A stretch of 64,000 nucleotides of DNA, taken from assembly GCA_043228905.1 (NCBI GenBank), contig JBHGNT010000005.1, forward strand, positions 17,546,001-17,610,000. Reading direction: 5' to 3'. The notes under the pieces are model-generated. The model saw nothing but the letters and a program-made list of their open reading frames with translations. It ran no database searches and was not told the DNA's origin. This DNA comes from Azolla caroliniana. Lineage: Eukaryota; Plantae; Polypodiophyta. Made by a program: the position numbers and the translations under genes. Below are positions 54,322 through 64,000 of the stretch, piece after piece; the first letter of the stretch is position 1; every line of letters begins with the position of its first letter.

Positions 54322-57300
54322 TCACCTTCTGCTGAATTTGATCTTGAGCCCATGTTTCATCAGCATGACTGGCATCATTCTGTACGTGACGGGATGGTTG
54401 GGGACGAGGTCAAATCGGAAAAAACGGAGGAGTAGAGCTGCAGAAATCTTCATTTGAAGGTAGGATGCATCCTTCCCCAGGCACATTCTAGGTCCAGCCT
54501 GAGTAAAATAAAAAAGAAAAAACATGATCATATCGATAACTATTAGTTCTAATCTCTGCTTTCCGTTATTTTCATTAATGTATAGTTAAGTTAGCGTAGT
54601 AGTGATTTCAATCTTGATCTATCATGTGTATCGTGTTTGGTAGCCCTAAATTCTAATACTTGCAGGTTATCTTAACAAGTTGATTGTGCATATTGATTGA
54701 TATTGGATCTCACCCTACAGATAGATACCACATGCAGGCACAATCACTTTGATCGTGAATGCACACATCATTAATGTATGCCATGTTTCATTCATCATAT
54801 TTAGTTCTATGAATAAATTCCATGCCATCTGTAATATTCTGTTATATCTGTCAAATTTTCATTCTTCCACATTGATCGGTATTAGTTTCTGTGACTCCAG
54901 TGTATGCGTAGGTCATCTGAAGTGCTTAGAAAATTTATCTGCGATTGAAGAGATAGTTTTATTGGCAGCGTATTCAAAAGAATGTGCACACCCTTGTAAT
55001 TAATTGTCAAGTTAATGAAGGAAATCAGAGATAGTTGGCGGGTCTTTCTTTATGTCCATCAGAGATATTCGCGTGGGCAAGTATTTTTATGGGTAGTTAT
55101 GGTGGATCAATTAACCAACCTAACTATTTGTTGAAGTCATATACCAGCCAATCTTGTTCCAAGAGTTACAATAGCATATCTTGGGTGTAGTGTTCGAATA
55201 ATTAGAGACATTGCTTAGCCTTAGCACACAAGTGATAACTGTATTAACTAAAACAGAATTAGTACCTGAAATGGAGTGAACTTGAAAGGAGATTCAGGTT
55301 GGAAACTTCCATTTTGTAGCCACCTCTCTGGCTTGTATTCAAGAGCATCTTCTCCCCATAAGAATTTCATTCGTCCCATGGCATATGGCATGTAAGCTAC
55401 TTGTTCACCTGCCTTTATGACTGTTCCATCAGGCAACACATCATTCCCCAGAGCTATCTTTCCATCCTATGGTTTAGTGCACAACCAGTATAACACACGT
55501 TATTATCATGCAATTCTATACTGAATTTCTGCGATGAATATAAATGAATTAGACCTGAAATGATACACAAAGGCTGCCTCTTGTGTTGTCAATTTATTCA
55601 TTAAAGAATAAATGTTTATGCATATGTACCTAAGATAAGGATCATAGGGATATCGTTATAATGCTAGAAGTTTCTAGGAAATTTACCCGAGGGACAGCAG
55701 GGTATAATCTCAGCGTCTCAGCAAGGGCAGCATGTAGATAAGGAGTGTGATTATGTATAGTCTCATATGTCAGCAAGTCTGCATACTCGTTAAATGAGAG
55801 CAATATGGAGGCATGAAGCTGATTAGTATGACAACTTTGGCTGTTTTCAAGCTCCATTAATTCTTGAAACACCTTCTCTTGCTTGTCTTGATGAGCACAC
55901 ATACAATAGAAGAACCATGAGAGTGTGCATCCTGTTGTGTCTCTCCCAGCGAACACAAAATTGATCATCGAATCCTTGACTTCTTCCAACTCTTCATGCA
56001 TTGAACTCATATCCCGATCTCCAGTGAGGTTTAATCCCGACATAAAATGTGATAATAGATCTGATGTTGCGGCTTCATTGACCTGGTACAATATTATGTC
56101 ACATCTTTTATTAATGTAATTCATTCACATCCATTAGAAACGTTTTTGGACGTATATATGGGCTTTCTAAGATATGGCATGTTATCTATATACTTTTGGA
56201 TGGGAATGATTAAAAGTACAAGTGTATATTACCAAAACCCTATCATATGACCTATCATTGGAAAGAGCTTCGCAGGAATTGTGGTGTTAAGAGTTATGTT
56301 AGACTTTTCTACAACTTCTATGAAATGACATATGATTGATATACTTGTAGATTGTGTGGGTGGTGAGAAACTTGAATAAATGTTGCCTTTAAAAACCTAT
56401 CATATGAGCTATCACTGAAAATATCTTAGTGAGAAGATTTTAAAACACAACACTCGATTCAGAATTTATGTGAAAGGCAACTTGAAACCTTACAGAAGGA
56501 CAAATTCTTTCATGTTTTTGAGAGAATCAATTTGTAATATTCTATTTAATCCGTAAAAGGCCAATAATTGAGTTTAATTTTTACTTTGTGATGCAATTCC
56601 AGGTTTGCAACTTATGTACATAATAGTACCAGATGATGAGTTGATTGGTCTTGAGAATTAACATGACTTCGAGTTATGAGCAGTCTTCTTTTGGTAATCA
56701 CATTTGAGACAAAAAGCTTGAACTTGCTGATTTCCTTCTTTAAGACCCTCTCCGATCCCACATTCAGGAATTTTTGTATTCTCCACCAAGGGTGCATATA
56801 GCGACGACTCATCAGCTCATGGGCAGTGTCCAACGAATGTGCAATGGAGTTATAATTATATGACATGGATGCTGTCGATAATGTGTTCATTTGTTCACTC
56901 ATCAACACTTCACAAGTAGTGTCAAAGGTCATCGCCAGAAGTAGTTCCTATATGGACCATGGAAATGATTGTCATTTGAGCAACATACAATCACTAGGGA
57001 TCTTGCAAGAATGTGGTCATACGTATTCTTGAACAAAAGAAATGAACTACCTGTATGTCCACCCCTTGGCTTGCATTAGCAACAACATGAAGAAGCCTGA
57101 GAGCGTGCTTTTTGTAGGTTGTGGAGGTTAGCATTCTTAACCTCTTGACTGAAAAACCGAGGCTAGCAATCTTTCTATGTGTTTTCCACAATGTTCCATC
57201 TGTGTTGAGGATGCCATCGCCGAGTAAATCAAATTGCCTTTGATGCAAATCTTCTCCCTGTAATTAGTTATAGCATGTGACAGATGAGAAGACTAATGGT

Positions 57301-57972
57301 TAAATTGATGTTTGCGAGTAATTGGGTCTAGTTGAATACATGGTGATTAATTTCAATTGGGAGGATAGGGAACAGGTAGCCCCCAGCCTTTGGCCATCTC
57401 ATCCCATCCCTTTTTTCTCTCTTTCTACGGTTGACCACAAACATTTGGGGACGAACTAAAATTTAGGGGTTATAGGGAGAAGTAACAGAAAAGTCAAGGT
57501 AGTTTAAAGCTTATGCTTCAATTATATTCTATTATTCATTCAATATTGACCAAAGGATATTCACCTTTGGGTAGTTGGAGAAATTGGATTTCAAAATGTG
57601 TTGGACATTGCCCGGATCAACAGTGAGGAAGGAGGTTCGAGCAAGCAAGCGTATGCGGACAGTGCGGTGGTCGTCAGCGAAGAAGGTCGTGATCCAGTCA
57701 AGGAGATGCTCATAATTCCGTCTTATTTCAAGTTGAGCCCCTAAAATTGGCCATGTCTTTGGGTCTCTACTACTAGACTTCTCATATGCCCACAGTATAT
57801 ATAAGCTGCAGATTAATGTTGTCATGAGAACAAACATCATCATTATCATCACTATGGTGGTGTTTGTCAATGTAGTCACTTCATAATTAAGTATTGCCGT
57901 TGTAATTGTGTTAATATATAATTGAACACCATCAACAGCACCATGTGGAATGATGTTATGAATTATATCCAT
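54322..57972 (-). CDS. CYP704: Cytochrome P450, CYP86 clan, CYP704-like (putative fatty-acid hydroxylase), ~568 aa
   Basis: Exons 57972-57565, 57257-57051, 56947-56630, 56082-55687, 55466-55266, 54498-54322, all phase 0. Motifs LLGDGILNTDG.LWK, AGRDTT, ETLRLYPAVP, PERW, FQAGPRMCLGKD. Confidence 0.9.
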
Positions 57973-58076
57973 GGTTGTTCAAGTATGTAGAATATCAATT
58001 GCTTTAATGAGCCTTGCAGTGTATACAATATTGAATTTAGTTCAAATGTGATGTTCTAGGTTTCTTGAAGATCATG

Positions 58077-58208
58077 AAAGGATAGAAAGGAAAATGCTAA
58101 GATATGGAAGGGAATTGATTAAAATGTAATGCTATACAATACAAAGGATAGAAAGGAAAATGCTAAGAGATGGAAGGGAATTGATTAAAATGTAATGCCA
58201 TACAATAC
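58077..58208. repeat. 66-bp tandem duplication upstream of the P450 start
   Basis: aaaggatagaaaggaaaatgctaaga...tacaatac occurs twice. Confidence 0.9.
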
Positions 58209-60438
58209 ATTTACGCTTGTGGAAAGACTAGATATGGTTGAAAATTCATTAGGGATAATGATAATCAACTTGTTAATCCTTCTAGAGTTAGGTTGAGATG
58301 AACAAGAATGAAAGATCATGGAATCAATTTATTGCACAAAATAGTATTATTTTTTTAAATGATTTCAATTTTTTTCACAGTTTGTCTTTTTGTCGATGAC
58401 AACTTGACTATGGTTTATATAAAGAGGTCATTAAACACTTCCATTACCGATCGAGTTTGATTAGGTCGTGAGAATCAATGACTCGATTTTGAGTCTAATC
58501 TAATTAATGTGATGGTCAAGACTTTTAGCCATGGAGATTCCTAAGTGGCAAATTGAATATTCCGGAATTGGGTCCATCTTTGCAAACAAAATATCATAAG
58601 CCAAAGTATATGCTTAAAGTCTGATTATGTTACTTTATTAAAGTTGTGACATGAAGATGTAGTTGTATAACTCGTATTTTGCAACATTGAAGGGTGCAGG
58701 TAAGACTTGATCAATGGTTTTCATGTTGTGGTCGATATAAAATTATAATCATAAATCTAGTGCTACTTATATTAAACAAAACATGAATGTGTAGCGTATA
58801 ACTTGTGCTTCATAACATTAATGGTAGTTGACCATGGGTTAACATTGTGTTCATTGCATAAAAAAATACTCATAACTTTAGTTCGAGATCATGCATACTA
58901 ATTGTTTGCTACAAAAATATGCAATGAAAAATGAAGAAGTGACTAAGAAATAGATAAAATGAATTGTCGCATTATCATGACTTTTCAAAAAAATCTTGAT
59001 CTCACAAGGTCTATTTGGTATAAAGTTTAGGTCATTATTACATATCCAATATTAATTATAAGTAATGTTAATAATGGTTTAAAGGTTCTTAATCACTCCA
59101 ATCATCTTCGAGAGCAGGACTAGAGACAATTAAAATATCATTAATGTCCCATACCAACAAATATGACCTTATGTTATAGCTTGGATGTTGATCCAAAAGA
59201 AGAAAGATTTACCTCACCACCGGAGAGACTTGACAACATCTTTAGATGTCGAAATAAGAGGGTGGCTAGTCCCCTTTATATAGTTCAATAACTCTCCCAA
59301 ATCAGCACGTATCATAGGTCATTATGAGTTTGTCCCAAGTCCTAGAATCACTGGTTTTCCCATTTATAGTACACTGAAATCATTAAAATCAGCTTTAGAA
59401 TGGTTTGACTTTTCGAGAATAGTCATCGTGGGAGGGAGCCCAATTTTAAATGTGAGTTGGTTCAAATTGACGTTAAGTGTTTGCTTATAACAATAATTGT
59501 CATGGTGTCATGAAGTGTGGATCACATGTGCATGGACAAGTATCAAGCCTCTATTGGCATGTGGTGATCGAGGAGCGAACAATTGGTTTTAACCAAGTTA
59601 TGTCTTAAAGCCGCATACTCTGAGATAGATTGCATTAACATATTATTGAATAAAACACGATTCTTATATTTATTGAAGTATTGCATTATGTTAATTTAAC
59701 CCACATAAAACCTACTCAAATGGAAAATGAATGTGAATTTATTTATTAAGCTTTAACTTACACCTTGGATTTGAACCCTTCTCACAAGAGTTTGGGAGCC
59801 ATGTTGCTCTTAAGAAACTTGTTCTTTTTATTCTCTCCTCTGCTTTTTTTCCACATAAGATGAGAGATCCTTTAAATAGCACATGTTACTTGTAAAGATA
59901 ACATTGATTACATATTCTATAATAATACATTCTAAAATAGTTATTTCTAGTGGTATTTACATTCGTTCAAACAAGAAGGCTATCAGATTTGAAACTTGAC
60001 TATATTCTTACTTAAAAAATAACATTTTAAAATAGGTAATTTCATCACATTGGAGATGGTGTCACATTGGGTGCCATTGGCAACACGTAAACAAGGAAGG
60101 AGCCCATCTTGAAATGTGAATTGGTTGAAATTGTCATGTTTTGAGAACTCATTTGGATGCAAACATTCTCTGATCTCCTAGTCCAATGGATTGGAGCTTG
60201 TCACTACTACAAAATCTTTGATCATTGCATCATCATCCAAAAGGAGGTTGTCATTAATATTTTGGCTTCTCGTTTTAGAAGTCATGAACTCGTTGCTTGT
60301 AGGATGTGTGCTCTAATTGAAACATGAATTGCATGTGGCAAGAGACGGCATTATAGTTGCCTTGCTAAGAGCCTAATCAAAACAAGATTTTCAAGTTGCA
60401 ACCTAAGCAGATGATATGCAAGGAGCTTGTTACACACA

Positions 60439-60484
<46 letters not shown>

Positions 60485-60742
60485 AGTGAAAACACACAAT
60501 TATATTAATAAATGTGTGTAAAAAACACTACTTACAATGGGTGTGACAATGGAGTATGGTCACTCACTAACTACACTACACTACATGGGTAGTGGAACAT
60601 GTTGAATTGCCAATAGGCATGACAGACACTCCACTGAGGAAAGAATTTCCACTTGCTCCAATAACGAAAATTGTCATATTAGTACTCCCTTCAACTTTCG
60701 TAGATACGCTTTCTCCATGTCTACCATCGAATACAAAAGTGT

Positions 60743-61322
60743 TGTCGTGATGTGGCGTGTCTAGTGCGAGAAAAAGTCAAAAAGTGAAGATACACACATT
60801 TCACAAATACTTGTAAAAATGAAAAAATAAATCAATAATAAATAAACCTAAAGCCTAATGGCATTGAGTGCATATAGAGGGGCATCAAGTAGGATTTGAA
60901 CCTTGCACCTCCAAGATAGGAGACAATTAACTTACCAGTAGAGCTACTATTGAGTGCTTTAAGTACTATATATTTCCTTATCATATTCGGTATTCCATAC
61001 GAAACAACCATACAAAATCGTGTGCCCAAAACCATGGTTTTTAGCCCATGGTTTTGTGCATGTTAGAAGCATGGATAGACCTATAAAAACCCTCGTAAGG
61101 CTTGTGTAAGGGGGGGCTCAATATGTGATATCATCACCATCACCATCAATATAATATCCTTCTTCTTATTATTCTTCTTGTTTATCTTCTTCTCGAGTAT
61201 ACAAATTCCCGATCTTCTCAATTGTAGCATTATTTCCTCAAATCTTACATTCACATCGTCCTCTTCTCAAAAACTTGATGAACGTCCTCCTTGGTCCGAG
61301 ACCCCGGTGGAGCGAAGCACGC
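60743..61322 (+). mobile_element. LTR D fragment (F/G-like), interrupted by element C
   Basis: Starts tgtcgtga; shares cacctccaagatagga...cttacca with G; TATA-like ctataaaaa at ~61081. Confidence 0.6.
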
Positions 61323-62646
61323 TGTCATGATATGGCAAGACTCGAACCCATGACCTTATGTTACATGGGTCGAGCTCTTGACCATTACACTATCTATTGT
61401 AAGAGGTAAAAAATTAAAGTATATTCCATATTTCTCTGGAACATTCTAGAAGCTTCAGGACTACTCCTAAGAACACTATAAAAGGAGGCATAAGGCATTA
61501 TTTCGAACCAAATCAGTTCAACGCCAGTCTTAAGCCTCCTAGCCTTCCTTGTATATTCTTCTCACATAATATATTGCTGTCATCATCATTTTCTCTCCCT
61601 CGATCTCTCACTCTCTCTCTCCTTCTCTCGAGTGTTCTACACCCTCTATTCCTCTTAGTACTAATTTCTTCTTTGTCTCAGTACTATTCCTGATAGTTTG
61701 AACCGATTTTCCTCCTTCCGTCTCCTCTTCCTTTCCTCCTCTTACATATCCCCTTTTTTCCGGTCTTCTTTCCGGCTTCCCTCATCTTCTTTCCCCTTTT
61801 TTCCTTCATACTAATCCTCTTATCCTCCCTAGTAAAATGGAAACTGTTAGCACTCAGGAATACCAATCTGTTTTCTCGAAGCTCCAGTGCTTAAAAGAGA
61901 AATTTGTAGCACTAGAACAAGAAAATCACCGTTTGTTGGGGGATCTTCAACAAATAGCGCTGGAAAAACAACAACAACACGAGGAGCTGACATTACGTGT
62001 ACAACAACTTGAAGCGACTATTGTATCACTACAACAACAAGGATCAAGCACTCAAGGGATTCACAAAGAACCCAAGATCGGTCTTCTTGCAAAATTTGAT
62101 GGGACCCGATCACAGTTTAGAGGTTTTCTGAATCAGGTACGTTTAGTGATTCAAATGCATCCTTCTCGATATCCCACCGATGCATCACGAGTGGGACTAG
62201 TAGGCACTCTACTTAGTGGCTCAACATTGGCATGGTTCGCTTCATTGTTAGAAAAGGAATCTCCATTACTAAACAATTTTGAAGAATTTAAAGTGAGTTT
62301 AAAGCCTGTTTTGGAGATATTGACAACATAAGGACAACAATCAACAAAATTCGACGATTACGCCAAGGTGATCGTCCAACCTCCACATACGCTGCAGATT
62401 TCCGCCTACTCACCACCGATATCCCTTGGGATGATCAAGCATTGATGGAGCAATTTTGTTATGGTTTACACAACGATGTCAAGGATTTACTCTTGACCTT
62501 CCCCGAAGAACCAAAGTCATTAACAGAAGCAATAAGTCGCGCGTTGAGATGCGACAACCGCCTTTTTGAACAACGTTCGGAATAGCAATTCCAGATGCTG
62601 AGGGCAAGATCAGAGCCCACCTATGCCTTAGTGGTAGCGAAACCCT
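61323..62646 (+). mobile_element. Gypsy element C (same family as A): 5' LTR, self-priming PBS and gag
   Basis: LTR 61323-61695 (tgtcatga...tgata); PBS gtttgaaccgattt 61696-61709; gag from 61837 is closely similar to the gag of A. Confidence 0.88.
61837..62646 (+). pseudogene. Gag of Gypsy C (frameshifted)
   Basis: KFDGTRSQFRGFLNQVRLVIQMHPSRYPTDASRVGLVGTLL..., as in A (47222-48178). Confidence 0.85.
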
Positions 62647-64000
62647 CAGTCCCTCGACCCCCAGTTGCACGACCCACGCGTTACCCCCGGCCCCCAGTCA
62701 AACGACCTACTCCTCATCCCCGACCCCCAGTCCCGCAACCCACACCCAACACACGCACCACGAGACCGAAACTAAATCCTCTACCATGAAAATACGTACG
62801 GGTAGACTTAGAAAATTACATTGGCTCCCGCTTCTTCAACCGTTAACCTACCTCCACATTTTACTAGGAAGGCAAACACCCTCCCAACTCGAGAATAGGA
62901 TCACTAATCACTCATTGCACAACCTTTCCTCTTTCCACCTTCCTCCACCCCAACTGAAACTTCTAAGCTTAGGTCTAGACTTTATTCCCCCACCCCAACC
63001 TATTAGAAAATAACAATTGATAGACGTCGTTGTATCCTTGGATAGAACTTACCGCCTCAGATATTTCTTTAGAAACTCTACTACATTATCTTTCCATTTA
63101 GAATACCGAACCCTAGTTGGAATCCCCCAGGCATGCCAGAAATCACACAAACCATCACATCTATCACCTCTGCCCTCCCCTCCCCACCCACCATCCAACC
63201 TCGCCCTCATAGGAATTTTAGAACCGCACTACATAATCTCAAAAACAATCAAGACATAGTTATTAAACCCGCAGATAAAAATCTAGGCACGCGCATTCTC
63301 TCTAAGGAGTGGTACCTTAACGAATGCCTTAGACAGCTCAACGACAAAAACACTTACACCCCCGTCAAAGACATCCCCCTAGAAACTCTCCACAGTCAAC
63401 TTGAACACCTCTGTCTGAAAGCTTCCCCCCACATCTCCAAGGAGGAAATTAGATCCCTCCTTCAGAAACCCAAACATGGTTTCAGGATATGTCGTTTCTA
63501 CATCATCCCCAAAATCCACAAGCCCACTGTTGTAGGACACCCTATCTGCGCCTACAACAATTATGTTTTCAAAAGAGCCTCTAAATGGCTACACCATCTA
63601 CTACATCCTGTCTTATTGTCTAAAAAACAACACCTCAAAGACTCCTTAACACTTGTTAAGGGCCTAGCACACCACACCTTCCCCAAAACTTGCACATTGT
63701 TTTCTTTTGACATAGTGTCTCTATATCCCAGTATACCTACCACGGAAGGTCTATTGGTTTTTAAAAAATCTATCTCACATCATTTCCCACCACACAAAAC
63801 CAAAATCATTATGAGTGTCGCTAAACTTATACTTAGAAACAATTTTCTCTCCTTTAATAATGCTTTTTGGTTACAAATTAAAGGCACCGCAATGGGTAGT
63901 AATTTTGCCGTTGTTTACGCTTGCTTGTTTCTTTCGCAGCTAGAGGACGACAACCTAGCTTTCGAAACACTGCAACTACTCTACTACAAATGCTACATCA
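62647..64000 (+). mobile_element. Penelope-like element: reverse transcriptase, truncated by the window end
   Basis: NLSS...LLSLGLDFIP...RLRYFF, then an open frame from ~63217 to the window end: IVIKPADKNLG, FYIIPKIHK, LKDS, FSFDIVSLYPSIP, QIKGTAMGSNFAVVYACLF, YYKCYI. Absent from the ORF track because it has no stop. Confidence 0.85.

Noticed and set aside
59760-59815. Isolated B-box-like ggttcaaatcc (minus strand); a similar site at ~37645-37695
   Set aside because: No convincing A-box context or element boundaries.

Overview
Eukaryotic, land-plant DNA. A fern or other seed-free plant is inferred from the GA/CA-microsatellite 5' regions, long introns and TE lineages. Two intact minus-strand host genes are present: a 7-exon two-KH-domain FUBP-like RNA-binding protein (4995-12456) and a 6-exon CYP86-clan, CYP704-like P450 (54322-57972). 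They flank a ~41 kb nest of Copia and Gypsy LTR retrotransposons and solo LTRs, most with readable LTRs, PBS/PPT and TSDs. The standout is a 7.57 kb DNA transposon with 37-bp TIRs (22109-29681) inserted in a Gypsy LTR. It carries, head-to-head, a Sola-like DDD transposase with a BAH/Tudor-like tail and a 6-exon gene encoding a ParB/Srx-like domain fused to a bacterial-type beta-class N6A/N4C DNA methyltransferase (DIPY...QKP...DLFSGTGTT). Other notable signals: antisense tRNA-like A/B-box cassettes in the U3 of eight Gypsy LTR copies; covarying self-priming PBS/R complementarity, with an inversion breaking exactly at it; and a Penelope-like RT running off the right end. All assignments come from motif recognition by eye; no searches were run.
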